From an uncultured Gemmatimonadales bacterium (GTDB taxonomy: Bacteria; Gemmatimonadota; Gemmatimonadetes; Palauibacterales; Palauibacteraceae): DNA of 64,000 nt. The stretch covers positions 384,001-448,000 of the forward strand of contig CAWANJ010000001.1 of NCBI GenBank assembly GCA_963783385.1, read 5' to 3'. Each line of letters opens with the position of its first letter. Position 1 is the stretch's first letter. A model generated the notes under the pieces. That model worked only from the letters and a program-made list of their open reading frames with translations, did not search any database and was not told the origin of the DNA. Position numbers and translations under genes: made by a program. Positions 18,668 through 28,736 of this stretch are shown here, piece by piece.

Positions 18668-19843
18668 ATGCCGATCGACCCCGCCGACGTCGCGATCTGC
18701 GTAGAAGATGAGGCGCCCGACGAGGGCGGCGCCTCGTCCCCGATGGCGCCCCCCATCGTCCAGACCTCCTTGTTCTCCTTCCCCAGCTTCCAGGAGCTCC
18801 TGACCGGCCTCGCCGACGAGCGCGGGAGCCACGTGTACACCCGCGGCTCGAACCCGACCGCCGAGGCGGCCGAGCGGAAGATCGCGGCCCTGGAGCGGGG
18901 CGAAGCATGCCGGACGTTCGGGTCGGGCATGGCGGCCATCTCGGCCGTACTGTCCAGCTTCCTGGGCGCGGGCGACCACGTCCTGTTCGTGAACCAGACC
19001 TACGGCCCCGCCCTCCAGCTCGCCCGCCACCTGGAGCGCTTCGGCGTCGCCCACGACGTCACCCTCGACCTGGCCCCCTCCGCCGTGGAGGCGGCGCTCC
19101 GGCCCGAGACACGGCTCGTGTGGCTCGAGAGCCCGGGCACCATGACGTTCCGGGTCGCCGACATCCCGGCGATCGCGGCCCTGTGCCACGAGCGCGGCGT
19201 GCTCACCTGCATGGACAACAGCTGGTCGACGCCGCTGTTTCAGAAGCCTCTCGCGGTCGGCGTGGACATCGTCGTGCACAGCGCCACCAAGTACATGGCG
19301 GGCCACAGCGACCTGGTGGCGGGGGCGGCCGTGACCTCGGAGGCCCTGATGGGGCCCCTGTTCGAGAAGGGCTACATGCTGGGTGGCGGGATCCTCGCTC
19401 CGTTCGAGGCCTGGCTCCTGCACCGCGGCCTCCGGACCCTCCCGGTCCGGCTGGCCCGTCACGAGGCCGACGCGCTCCGGGTCGCCTCCTTCCTGGCGGA
19501 CCACCCCGCCGTCCGCCGGGTGCATCATCCGGCCCTGGCGGAGGGGGAGGAGGGCGAGCGGAGCCGTCGTCAGCTCGCGGGCACCTCCGGCCTGTTCAGC
19601 TTCGAGCTCGCCCGCGGGACGTTCGAGGCGGCGCGGAGCGTGCTGGACGCGCTCGAGCGGTTTCGCCTCGGAGTGAGCTGGGGCGGGGTCGAGAGCCTGG
19701 CGATCTCGCCCGAGAAGGACCGCAACGCGTCGGAACTCGCCGCGAAGGGACTCCCCCGTGGACTCATCCGACTCTCGGTGGGGCTCGAAGGCGCCGATCG
19801 ACTGATCGAGGACCTGGACCGGGCCCTGGCGCGGGTGGCGTGA
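18668..19843 (+). CDS. Cys/Met metabolism PLP-dependent enzyme (cystathionine gamma-synthase/beta-lyase/methionine gamma-lyase family)
   Basis: YTRGSNPT, SGMAAI, LESPG, DNSW, HSATKYMAGHSD (PLP lysine), GVSWGGVESL, IRLSVGLE. Confidence 0.93.
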   Translation: MPIDPADVAICVEDEAPDEGGASSPMAPPIVQTSLFSFPSFQELLTGLADERGSHVYTRGSNPTAEAAERKIAALERGEACRTFGSGMAAISAVLSSFLGAGDHVLFVNQTYGPALQLARHLERFGVAHDVTLDLAPSAVEAALRPETRLVWLESPGTMTFRVADIPAIAALCHERGVLTCMDNSWSTPLFQKPLAVGVDIVVHSATKYMAGHSDLVAGAAVTSEALMGPLFEKGYMLGGGILAPFEAWLLHRGLRTLPVRLARHEADALRVASFLADHPAVRRVHHPALAEGEEGERSRRQLAGTSGLFSFELARGTFEAARSVLDALERFRLGVSWGGVESLAISPEKDRNASELAAKGLPRGLIRLSVGLEGADRLIEDLDRALARVA

Positions 19844-21312
19844 GCCAGACCGGCCAGCACCCGCCGCGCCCTCCCCTCGGCATCCTCGGGGCGCTCCTCC
19901 CGCTGGGCGTCATGCTCGTCCTCCTGGTCACGGGCGCGGTCGTGGCCCACCTCGACACCGAGTACCTGGTGGTCGTCCTCCTGGTCGCCGCGGCTACGGC
20001 CGGCATGGTGGCGGCGAGGCACGGGCACTCGTGGGCCGAGATCCAACGCTCCACCGGGGAGAAGCTCGCCGGCGTTCTGCCCGCCATCCTCATCCTCCTC
20101 GCCATCGGGATGCTGATCGCGACCTGGGTCCTGTCGGGTACGATCCCGTTCCTGGTCTACTGGGGGGTGCGGCTCATCCAGCCGCGCTACCTGGTGCTGA
20201 CCGCCTTCCTGGCCACGGCCGTCATGTCGATCGGTACGGGCACCTCGTGGGGGTCGGCGGGCACGATCGGCGTAGCACTCATGGGCACGGCCGCGGCCCT
20301 GCACGCCCCCATCGCCGCCACGGCGGGGGCGGTGGTGTCGGGCGCCTACCTGGGCGACAAGATGTCGCCGCTGTCGGACTCCACGAACATCTCGGCCATC
20401 GGGGCGGGCGCGGACCTGTACGCGCACATCCGCCACATGATGTACACCGCCACTCCCTCCACCGTGGTCTGCCTGGTCGTGTACACGGCCGCCGCCCGGC
20501 TCCTGCCGGTGCCGGCGGGAGGCGCGCCGGCGGGAGCCCGCGCCCTCCTGTCCGATCTCCACTCGGTCTTCTCGCTGAGCCCGATCGTACTCCTGCCGCC
20601 CGCGCTCGTGGTTTGGAGCATCGTGCGGAAGACGCCGGCGGCTCTGGCCATGACCCTTTCCTCGGTGCTCGCCGTGGCCATCGGCGTCCTCGTGCAGGGC
20701 TTCTCCGTGCCGGATGCGCTCGTGGCGGCGGTGTCCGGATTCAGGCTGGACATGGTGGCCTCCACCGGGGCGAACCCGTCGGCCCTCGGCTCCGCGTTCC
20801 GGACGCTGGTCGAGCGGGGCGGCCTGTACAGCATGGCCACCACGCTCATCCTCATCATCGCCGCCTTCCTCCTGGCCGGAGGCATGGATGTGTCCGGAGC
20901 GCTCGACCTCCTCATCGGCCGCATGCTGGCGCGCGTGCGCTCGGTCTTCGGGCTCATCGCCTCGACCATGGCATCGGGGGGTACCATGATCGCGATGACC
21001 AGCCACGGCGGAGTGACGGCGCTGGTGGTGGGCGAGCTGTTCCAGAAGGCATACGACGAGCGTGGCCTGGCGCGGGTGAACCTGTCCCGCTCGCTGGAGG
21101 ACTCGGTCACCATCACCGAGCCCCTCATGCCGTGGACGGTGTCCGCCGTGTTCATGGCCACGACGTTGGGCGTCGCCACGGTACGCTACCTCCCGTGGGC
21201 CTGCTTCTGCTACGGCGGGCCCGTGTTCTCGCTCCTCATCGCCGCCGCGTGGCGGCGGACCGGTTTCGGGATCCGGCTGGCGACCGCCGAGGCCGGCCGG
21301 GTCGACGCCTAG
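19840..21312 (+). CDS. nhaC: NhaC family Na+/H+ antiporter or amino-acid transporter
   Basis: GTSWGSAGTIG, GAYLGDKMSPLSDSTN, NLSRSLED, PW; GTG start overlaps the upstream TGA. Confidence 0.88.
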   Translation: MSQTGQHPPRPPLGILGALLPLGVMLVLLVTGAVVAHLDTEYLVVVLLVAAATAGMVAARHGHSWAEIQRSTGEKLAGVLPAILILLAIGMLIATWVLSGTIPFLVYWGVRLIQPRYLVLTAFLATAVMSIGTGTSWGSAGTIGVALMGTAAALHAPIAATAGAVVSGAYLGDKMSPLSDSTNISAIGAGADLYAHIRHMMYTATPSTVVCLVVYTAAARLLPVPAGGAPAGARALLSDLHSVFSLSPIVLLPPALVVWSIVRKTPAALAMTLSSVLAVAIGVLVQGFSVPDALVAAVSGFRLDMVASTGANPSALGSAFRTLVERGGLYSMATTLILIIAAFLLAGGMDVSGALDLLIGRMLARVRSVFGLIASTMASGGTMIAMTSHGGVTALVVGELFQKAYDERGLARVNLSRSLEDSVTITEPLMPWTVSAVFMATTLGVATVRYLPWACFCYGGPVFSLLIAAAWRRTGFGIRLATAEAGRVDA

Positions 21313-21410
21313 GCGCGAGCGCCGCCGGGTCCGGTTAGCTTGGGGGCAATGCGCGGAGAGGCCCGTGCCTCCGGCGCGAACACGGCGGATTCCTCCGGCA
21401 GGAGAGACCG

Positions 21411-21857
21411 ATGATCGGAGAGCTCTCGGAACGGGAGATCGAGGAGGTGCTGCGCTCGGAGGTGGTGGCGCGACTCGGCTGCCACGCGAAGGGACGCACC
21501 TACGTGGTCCCGATCACCTACGCGTACGACGGCACTTCCGTGATCGGCCACTCGGCCCCGGGCCTCAAGATCTCGATGATGCGGGAGAATCCGGAGGTGT
21601 GCATCGAGGTCGACCACGTCGAGGACGCCGCCCACTGGAGGAGCGTCGTCGCCCGGGCCAGGTTCGAGGAGCTGGAGGGACCCGAGGCGCTGGACGCCAT
21701 GGAGCGCCTCGTGGCCCGTCTGGGCTCGCTGGTCACGAGCGAGACCAGCCAGCCCTCGCACGCGACCCGTGACGCGGTGGAGGCCGTGCTCGAGGGGAAG
21801 GCGGTGATCTACCGCCTGCGCATCACCGAGGCGACGGGCCGCTTCGAGCGGCCCTGA
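21411..21857 (+). CDS. Pyridoxamine 5'-phosphate oxidase-like flavin-binding protein
   Basis: ARLGC...YVVPITY, GLKISMMRENPEVCIEVD, WRSVV. Confidence 0.88.
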   Translation: MIGELSEREIEEVLRSEVVARLGCHAKGRTYVVPITYAYDGTSVIGHSAPGLKISMMRENPEVCIEVDHVEDAAHWRSVVARARFEELEGPEALDAMERLVARLGSLVTSETSQPSHATRDAVEAVLEGKAVIYRLRITEATGRFERP

Positions 21858-21866
21858 GGTGGGACC

Positions 21867-22352
21867 CTAGCCCGCTCCCGGGCGATTCAGATACCAGATC
21901 GAGGCGTTCAGTACGGCCGCGAAGCTGACCCACGCCGCGTACGGTATCATGAGGAGCCCCGCCCACGTCGATCGGGCGAAGAACAGGACCGTGCAGGCTA
22001 CCACCGCGATCCACAGGAGGGCGATGTCCGCCAGCCCCGCCAGCGGCGAGCGCATCCCGAAGAACAGCAGGCTCCACAGGCCGTTGAGGGCGAGCTGCAG
22101 GAGGAAGACGGCGAGCGCCACGGCGACCCCCGGCGTCCCCAGCCCCCGTCGCCACACCAGCCAGGCCGCCACGCCCATGGCCAGGTACAGCGCCGTCCAC
22201 ACGGGCGCGAACACCCACGAGGGCGGCGTGAACGCGGGCCTGGCCAGCTCCGGATACCAGGAGGCCACGGCCGGGGCCGTCACGCGGCCCGCCAGGAAGC
22301 CGACGGCCACGGGCAGGGCCAGGGCCAGGATCAGCCGCAACGTGTCTCTCAT
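21867..22352 (-). CDS. tspO: TspO/MBR tryptophan-rich sensory protein
   Basis: WYPELARPAFTPPSWVFAPVWTALY, QLALNGLWS, PYAAWVSFA. Confidence 0.93.
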   Translation of the reverse strand: MRDTLRLILALALPVAVGFLAGRVTAPAVASWYPELARPAFTPPSWVFAPVWTALYLAMGVAAWLVWRRGLGTPGVAVALAVFLLQLALNGLWSLLFFGMRSPLAGLADIALLWIAVVACTVLFFARSTWAGLLMIPYAAWVSFAAVLNASIWYLNRPGAG

Positions 22353-22405
22353 GGCAGGCCTCCCACCGCGCGGCTCCCGGGCCGGAGACCCGGAAGCGGA
22401 AACTC

Positions 22406-22825
22406 TCAGTCCACCCTGAGGGGCGCGTACCGGTAGCCGGCCCAGCACCCGATGATGGCCGCGGCCCCCTGCACCAGAAGGGCGAGCGCCGCCGTGCGCA
22501 CCGTCATCCCCTCCCACGCCTCGGTGCCGGTGGTGAGCCCGCCGAACACGAGGTTGATCGCGAACCAGGCCACGAACGTGAACAGGGCCATGAACGCTCC
22601 GTTGAGGATCGGAGCGGCGGCCGTCTTGAAGCCCGTCAGGAATCCGCCCGCGGCCCATCCGACCGCGACCGCGACCGACACGCCCACCGCGTCGCCCAGG
22701 GGCCCGCTGCCCACGATGCCTACCGCAGCCAGCACGAGGATGATGCTACTCGCCACCGAAAAGCCCACGAACCAGCCGAAGGCCACCCAGGAGAGACGCA
22801 CGTTTCGAAGATGTTCGGAATGCAT
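22406..22825 (-). CDS. Hypothetical 4-TM membrane protein
   Basis: Four hydrophobic Gly/Ala-rich segments; packed between rnhB and tspO. Confidence 0.7.
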   Translation of the reverse strand: MHSEHLRNVRLSWVAFGWFVGFSVASSIILVLAAVGIVGSGPLGDAVGVSVAVAVGWAAGGFLTGFKTAAAPILNGAFMALFTFVAWFAINLVFGGLTTGTEAWEGMTVRTAALALLVQGAAAIIGCWAGYRYAPLRVD

Positions 22826-22829
22826 GGTC

Positions 22830-23453
22830 CTAGCCGTTCAGGGGGAGCTCGACCTGCCGAACCGGCGCCCAGGTGCGCCGATGGTGCGGCGTCGGGCCGA
22901 GCCGGTTCAGCGCCTCCAGGTGCTCCGCGGTCCCATAGCCGTGGTTGGTGTCCCAACCATAGTCGGGATAGCGGCGATGCAGTCGGTGCATGAGGCGATC
23001 GCGCACCACCTTGGCCAGGATCGAGGCGCAGGCGATGGAGTGCGACCGCAGGTCGCCGTGCACGATCGCCCGATGTGGTCCCAGCCCGGGCATGCCGTTT
23101 CCGTCGACGAGGAGGAGGTCGGGTGGCGACCCGAGGCGGGCCACGGCGCGCCGCATCGCCAGCGCCGCGGCACGGCGCACGTTGAGGCGCTCGATCTCCC
23201 GGCAGGATGCGGCGCCCAATCCCCACGCCCTCACCTCGGACCGGATTCGCTCGGACAGGACCTCGCGGACCTCCGCGGAGAGTAGCTTGCTGTCCGTGCA
23301 GCCGTCGAAGCTCTGTCCCCTGTGTAGAGCGACCGCGGCGGCCACCACCGGACCGGCCAGGGGACCGCGGCCCGCCTCGTCGACCCCCACCACCCGATCG
23401 AGGCCGCGCTCCCAGCCCTCCTCCTCGAACGTCAGGGGCGCGGTGGACGCCAC
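22830..23453 (-). CDS. rnhB: Ribonuclease HII
   Basis: [40 protein letters not shown]; start uncertain (GTG 23453). Confidence 0.95.
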   Translation of the reverse strand: MASTAPLTFEEEGWERGLDRVVGVDEAGRGPLAGPVVAAAVALHRGQSFDGCTDSKLLSAEVREVLSERIRSEVRAWGLGAASCREIERLNVRRAAALAMRRAVARLGSPPDLLLVDGNGMPGLGPHRAIVHGDLRSHSIACASILAKVVRDRLMHRLHRRYPDYGWDTNHGYGTAEHLEALNRLGPTPHHRRTWAPVRQVELPLNG

Positions 23454-23484
23454 GGCGACGGTCGACGCGGTCGCGGGAAGGGGC

Positions 23485-23983
23485 TCAGTCCTGTTCGGCC
23501 GGCTGGCCCGCGGCGCTCTCCTCGGCCACCGTCGCCTCGGCCACGGCCGCGTCGCCCTCCGCCGGCGCCTTCCCGGTCTCGGCCGGAGCCGCTGACTCCG
23601 CTGGCGAAGCGCCGGAGGCCAGCTCCTGCTCGAGCCACCAGCTCCTCTCCCGCACCCTCGCCTTCTTGCCACGGCGCGAGCGCAGGTAGTAGAGCTTGGC
23701 GCGGCGCACGTGGCCGCGGCGCACCACTTCGATCCCGGCCAGCGCCGGCGAGTGCATCGGAAAGATGCGCTCGACTCCCACGCCGCCGGAGATCTTCCGG
23801 ACCGTGAAGGTCTCGCTGATGCCCGCACCGCGGCGTCCGATGCAGAATGCCCTCGAAGGCCTGGATCCGCTCCTTGTCGCCCTCGGCCACCCGGACCCTC
23901 ACCCGGACGGTGTCGCCGGGCTCGAAAGCCGGAAGGTCGGTGCGCCGGTATTCCTGCTCGATCTCTGCGATTCTCGGATCCAT
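23485..23983 (-). CDS. rplS: 50S ribosomal protein L19 (+1 frameshift near 23847) with acidic C-terminal tail
   Basis: FEPGDTVRV...KERIQAFEG joins [21 protein letters not shown]...[10 protein letters not shown] in another frame. Confidence 0.93.
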
Positions 23984-24006
23984 GCCAGTCCTCCTTTGTG
24001 GCGAAT

Positions 24007-24741
24007 CTATCGTCGCGGCCCCGGCACGTCAGCCGCCGTCCCCGGCGCGCTCCCGGCCTCGTCCTCGTCCTCGTCCTGTTCCAGCAGCTCCGGCCTGCGC
24101 TCCCGCGTCAACTCCAGGGCCCGCTCCCGGCGCCACGCCTCGATCCGGGCGTGATCGCCCGACAGCAGCACCTCGGGCACACGCAGGCCCCGATATTCGG
24201 GCGGCCGCGTGTACACGGGCGGCGCCAGGAGCCCCTCGTAGAAGGAGTCCGTCGCCGCAGACTCGTGGTCGCCCAGCGCTCCGGGCAACAGTCGTACGAC
24301 GGCGTCCACCACGGCCAGCGCCGCGGGCTCCCCGCCGCTCAGCACGAAATCGCCGACCGACAGCTCCTCGGTGACCAGTCCACCGGCCACGCGCTCGTCG
24401 ACTCCCTTGTAACGGCCGCACAGGAGCGTGAGCTCCTCCTGGACCGCGTAGCGCACCGCCGTCCGGTGGTCGAACCGCGTCCCTCGCGGGGTCAGCAGCA
24501 CGACCGGGCCGGCCGGGTCCAGCGCCTCGACCGCCTCGAAGAACGGCTCGGGCTTCATCACCATGCCCGCACCGCCTCCGTACGGCTCGTCGTCCACCGT
24601 CCGGTGGCGGTCGTGCGTGTAGTCACGCAGGTCCACCAGCCGGTACTCCACCAGACCCGCCTCCGCGGCGCGGCCCGGGATGCTGGTCGCGAACGGCACC
24701 CCGAACCAGTCGGGGAAGATCGTCACGATGTTGATCCGCAT
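24007..24741 (-). CDS. trmD: tRNA (guanine37-N1)-methyltransferase
   Basis: [41 protein letters not shown]. Confidence 0.97.
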   Translation of the reverse strand: MRINIVTIFPDWFGVPFATSIPGRAAEAGLVEYRLVDLRDYTHDRHRTVDDEPYGGGAGMVMKPEPFFEAVEALDPAGPVVLLTPRGTRFDHRTAVRYAVQEELTLLCGRYKGVDERVAGGLVTEELSVGDFVLSGGEPAALAVVDAVVRLLPGALGDHESAATDSFYEGLLAPPVYTRPPEYRGLRVPEVLLSGDHARIEAWRRERALELTRERRPELLEQDEDEDEAGSAPGTAADVPGPRR

Positions 24742-24747
24742 GGCCCG

Positions 24748-25284
24748 CTACAGCTCGAGCAGTCCCGCCGGAGGCCGGATCCGGATCACGCCCGCCTCCA
24801 CGTCCACGTCCTCCACGAACGCGCCAATGAAGGGGACGAGGAGCTCGCCGCCTTCCTCTCGCCGCACGCCCAGGTACGGCGAGCCCGCGGCCTCGTACAC
24901 GCGGCCGACCCGCCCCACCGGCGAGCCATCCACCAGCCGCACCTCCATGTCCTCCAGGTCGTGGAGGAAGTACTCGCCCTCGGAGGGCTCGACCAGCTCC
25001 GAGCGCTCCACCCACAGCCGCAGGGCCCGGTAGCGCTCGGCGAGCGTCCGGTCCGGGATCTCCCGGAACCGGAGGATCCAGTCCGACCGATGCGTCCGCG
25101 CGCCCACCAGGGTCAGCGTCCGGGGAAGGCCGGTGGCCCCGGGGCCCTCCACGCCGAGGACGCGGCCCTCCGTGAACACCGCTTCGGGGAAGTCGGTGTC
25201 CAGCGCTACGAGCAGCTCCCCCGCCATGCCGTGCGCCCGACGGATGGTGCCGACCGTGACACGTTGTGTCGGCTGCGTCGCCAT
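24748..25284 (-). CDS. rimM: Ribosome maturation factor RimM
   Basis: VGTIRRAHGMAGE, EGEYFLHDL, LVPF, PPAGLL; lies between rpsP and trmD. Confidence 0.93.
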   Translation of the reverse strand: MATQPTQRVTVGTIRRAHGMAGELLVALDTDFPEAVFTEGRVLGVEGPGATGLPRTLTLVGARTHRSDWILRFREIPDRTLAERYRALRLWVERSELVEPSEGEYFLHDLEDMEVRLVDGSPVGRVGRVYEAAGSPYLGVRREEGGELLVPFIGAFVEDVDVEAGVIRIRPPAGLLEL

Positions 25285-25340
25285 CTCACGGCCCTCCCAC
25301 CCCGCCGCGCGGCCCGGAGAGGGCTCGGACGGGGAGGCGC

Positions 25341-25938
25341 TCAGCCCTCCTTCTCCTCCTCATCCTCGTCCGCGGACGCTTCCGCCTCGGGCTCCGCCTC
25401 GGACTCTTCCGCCTCGGGCTCCGCCTCGCGCCTCGCGGCTCCGCCTCCTGCCTCGGAGCTCCGGCGTGGCGGCGGCCTCGGGCTCCGGGGCCTCGGCTTC
25501 GGCCTCCGGCTCCTCCGGGGCCACCTCTTCCGCCTTCGCCGCCTTCTCGGTCTTCTTGTGCGAGGCGGGGGCGGCGGTGGCAGGCGGAGGCGGCGCCGGG
25601 GTCGGGCGCCGGGAGGTCTGCCGCCGGTCGGGCGCGGGCCCGGCCAGCACCATGGCCTCCTCGAGCTCCTCCGGCGTCGTCCCGGCGTGGAACTTCTCCC
25701 AGATCCCTGTCTGGCGCAGGAGCGAGCGCACCGTGTCGGTGGGCTGCGCGCCGGCGCGCAGCCAGTGCAGGGTCCGGGCGGCGTCGATCTCGATGACCGA
25801 CGGGCTCGTCCGGGGCTGGTACACTCCCAGCTTTTCGATGGAGGGGCCTCCGACCGCCGTGGTCACATCCGCGACCACGATGCGGAAGGCGGCCTGCTTC
25901 TTTCGGCCCACCCGCTTCAGGCGAATCGTCGCTGCCAT
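25341..25938 (-). CDS. rpsP: 30S ribosomal protein S16 with long Pro/Ala/Glu extension (probable frameshift near 25455)
   Basis: IRLKRVGRKK...FRIVVAD...IEKLGVYQP...WLRAGAQPTDTVRSLL; the acidic tail continues in another frame to TGA at 25341-25343. Confidence 0.9.
25380..25428. repeat. Short direct repeat (22 nt, two copies) in the rpsP tail
   Basis: TTCCGCCTCGGGCTCCGCCTCG occurs twice, 27 nt apart. Confidence 0.7.
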
Positions 25939-26026
25939 GCTCGCTCCGTGTTTCTCTTGCGTTTCCTGGCTTCCGTGTACCGCGTCCTAGCGTGCTATGA
26001 TCCGGGCGCGCCCCCGTGGCCAGCGC

Positions 26027-27406
26027 TCACCGGGCGAACATCCCCGGTGGCAGGCCCGGCAGGCGGCCGCCCTTCCTGGCCAGCGCGCCCAGGCGGCCCA
26101 TCTGCTTCATCATCTTCTTCATCTCGCCGAACTGCTTGATCAGCCGGTTCACCTCGTGCACCGGCCGTCCCGAGCCGCGGGCGATGCGCGCCCGCCTGGA
26201 GCCGTTGAGAATGTTCGGCCGGCGGCGCTCCTGCGGCGTCATGGAGAGCACGATGGCCTCCATGTGGCGGACCCGCCGCGGATCCACCTCGACATCGTCC
26301 AGCATCTTCGGCTTCACGCCGGGGATCATCTTGAGGAGCCCCTCCAGCGGCCCCATGCGCTGGACCTGGCTGAGCGCCTGCAGGAAATCCTCCAGGTCGA
26401 ACTCGCCCTCCCCGAGGACCTTGTTCTCGAGCCGCCTGGCGGTCTCCTCGTCCACGGCCTGTTGGGCCCGTTCCACGAGGCCGACCACGTCGCCCATCTG
26501 CAGGATCCGTCCCGCCATACGCTGGGGGTCGAACAGCGTGAAGTCCTCGAGCCGTTCCCCCGTCCCGACGAACTTCACCGGGATCCCGAGCACCCCGTAG
26601 ATCGACAGAGCCGCGCCGCCGCGCGCGTCCCCGTCCATCTTGGTGAGAACGACGCCCGTGAGGCCCACCGTCTCGTGGAAGCCCTCGGCGATCCTCACCG
26701 CCTCCTGTCCGGTCATCGCATCCGCCACCAGGAGGATCTCGTCCGGATCGACCGCTTCGCGGACCTGCCGGAGCTCGTCCATGAGCTCCCGGTCCACCTG
26801 CAGCCGTCCGGCCATGTCGAGGATCACGTGGCTGGCGCCTTCGCGGCGACCCCCTTCCACGGCCTCGCGCGCCAGCCGGACCAGCGCCCCGGCGCCCGAG
26901 CCGCGCTCGGCCGACTCGCCCTCCGCCCCGACCACCGGTACGTCGAGCTGGCCCGCCAGCACGGCGAGCTGGTCCCGGGCCGCGGGTCGGTAGGGATCGG
27001 CGGCCACCAGCCACGGCCTCCCGCCCTCCCGCTGGATGCGCCGGGCGAGCTTGGCCGCGCTGGTCGTCTTCCCCGAGCCCTGCAACCCGACGAGCATGAC
27101 CGTGGTGGGCGGCACCGTGGCCCGCGCGAGCTCGGGCGTTTCCGAGCCCAGGAGGTCGGCGAGCTCGTCGTGCACGATCTTCACGATCTGCTGCCCGGGG
27201 CTCACCGAGCCCAGCACGTCCTGGCCTCGCGCCCGCTCCTCGACCCTGGAGAGGAAGTCCCGGGCGACCTGGAAATTCACGTCCGCCTCCAGGAGCGCGC
27301 GGCGCACCTCCCGGAGCCCCTCCTGGAGCATCTCCGGGGTCAGCACCCCTCGCTGCCGGAAGCGTCCCAGGACGCCGTCCAGCCTCTCTCCGAGTCTCTC
27401 GAACAT
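26027..27406 (-). CDS. ffh: Signal recognition particle protein Ffh
   Basis: ALLEADV, GLQGSGKTT, TKMDGDARGGAALS, RILQMGD, SMTPQER, RIARGSG. Confidence 0.97.
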   Translation of the reverse strand: MFERLGERLDGVLGRFRQRGVLTPEMLQEGLREVRRALLEADVNFQVARDFLSRVEERARGQDVLGSVSPGQQIVKIVHDELADLLGSETPELARATVPPTTVMLVGLQGSGKTTSAAKLARRIQREGGRPWLVAADPYRPAARDQLAVLAGQLDVPVVGAEGESAERGSGAGALVRLAREAVEGGRREGASHVILDMAGRLQVDRELMDELRQVREAVDPDEILLVADAMTGQEAVRIAEGFHETVGLTGVVLTKMDGDARGGAALSIYGVLGIPVKFVGTGERLEDFTLFDPQRMAGRILQMGDVVGLVERAQQAVDEETARRLENKVLGEGEFDLEDFLQALSQVQRMGPLEGLLKMIPGVKPKMLDDVEVDPRRVRHMEAIVLSMTPQERRRPNILNGSRRARIARGSGRPVHEVNRLIKQFGEMKKMMKQMGRLGALARKGGRLPGLPPGMFAR

Positions 27407-27620
27407 CGATCTCCCGAGTCGTCGCCGACGCGGCGATCGCGCCGCGTCTCCCTGGACGGAGCAGCGCAATGGTACGCGCTAGCCGCTACCGCGATCCGCG
27501 CGGTCCCCTCGGGACCGGCCCGGATTCCAGAGGTAGCCTGTCAGTATAGGCGAGACGCGGGATACAGGCAACGATCGAGGGCAAGGAAGCTAGTCCGTCA
27601 GGACCAATGCGCGTCGGACG

Positions 27621-27656
27621 TTGACAGCCGGCAGGATGCGTGTACATACACATATT
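27621..27656 (+). promoter_or_regulatory. Promoter with overlapping palindromic operator for the MarR gene
   Basis: TTGACA at 27621-27626; GTGTA-CA-TACAC palindrome at 27640-27651; ATG at 27659. Confidence 0.55.
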
Positions 27657-27658
27657 GT

Positions 27659-27917
27659 ATGGTGACCCCCGCATATCTGTCGGTGACCCCGCGCTGTCAC
27701 TGCCTGGCCGCGCGCCGGAAGGCCCGGGAAATCACCCGGCTCTACGAACAGAAGCTGCGCCCGCACGGTCTCCGGGCCACGCAGTTCTCGATCCTCGCCG
27801 CGCTTGCCGTCAAGGGGTCGACGTCGATCGGCGAACTGGCCGGGGTCCTGGGGCTCGACCGGACGACGCTCACGCGGAACGCGTCGCGGCTCGAGGAGAA
27901 GGACTGGGTCGAGACCG
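27659..27917 (+). pseudogene. MarR family regulator, C-terminally truncated
   Basis: [34 protein letters not shown]...[11 protein letters not shown]...LEEKDWV; similarity stops abruptly before the wing and last helices. Confidence 0.75.
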
Positions 27918-28736
27918 AAGCGCGTCTGGCACCTGGAGCCCTCGCTCTCCGATCCGGACACCGTGTACGCCGGAGCCGAGGACGCCGCCCTGTTCCGGTC
28001 GGTGGACGGCGCGCGCTCATGGCAGGAGGTCGCCGGGCTACGAGGCCACGGAAGCGGACGACTCTGGACCCCGGGCGCGGGCGGACTCTGCCTGCACACC
28101 GTCCTTCTCGACCCCTTGGACGTGGACCGCATGTACGTGGCGATCTCGGCGGCCGGGCGCGTTCCGAACCGACGAGCGGGGGCGCCACCTGGAAGCACCA
28201 TCAACCGGGGGCTCTCGTCACCGTCATCCGCTGTCGGATCCCGAGGGCGATGTCGGCCACTGCGTGCACCGGATCGCGCTCAACCCCTCGCGTCCGCAGG
28301 TGCTCTTCATGCAGAAGCACTGGGACGTCATGCGGAGCGACGACGGCTGGCGATACCTGGCACGAGGTGAGCGGCGACCTTCCCTCCGACTTCGGTTTCC
28401 CGATCGCGGTGCACGCGTCACGAGCCGGAGACGGTGTACGTGGTTCCCATCAAGAGCGACTCGGAACACTATCCGCCGGAGGGGAAGCTACGCGTCTACA
28501 GGAGCCGTAAGGGCGGCGACGAATGGGAGCCGCTGACGAAGGGGCTCCCACAGGAGAACTGCTACGTGAACGTGCTGCGGGAGGCCATGGCCGTGGACAC
28601 GCTGGATCCGTGCGGCGTCTATTTCGGCACCACAGGCGGCCAGGTGTACGCTTCCGCGGACTCCGGGGACGGTTGGGAGGCCCTCGTCCACGACCTGCCG
28701 CCCGTGCTCTCGGTCGAAGCGCAGAGCCTTCCGTGA
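27918..28736 (+). pseudogene. BNR/Asp-box beta-propeller (exo-alpha-sialidase-like), N-terminally truncated with several frameshifts
   Basis: KRVWHLEPS...[66 protein letters not shown] across three frames. Confidence 0.8.

Noticed and set aside
23840-23855. Programmed frameshift in rplS
   Set aside because: No slippery sequence, and it fits the window-wide pattern of +1 indel errors.
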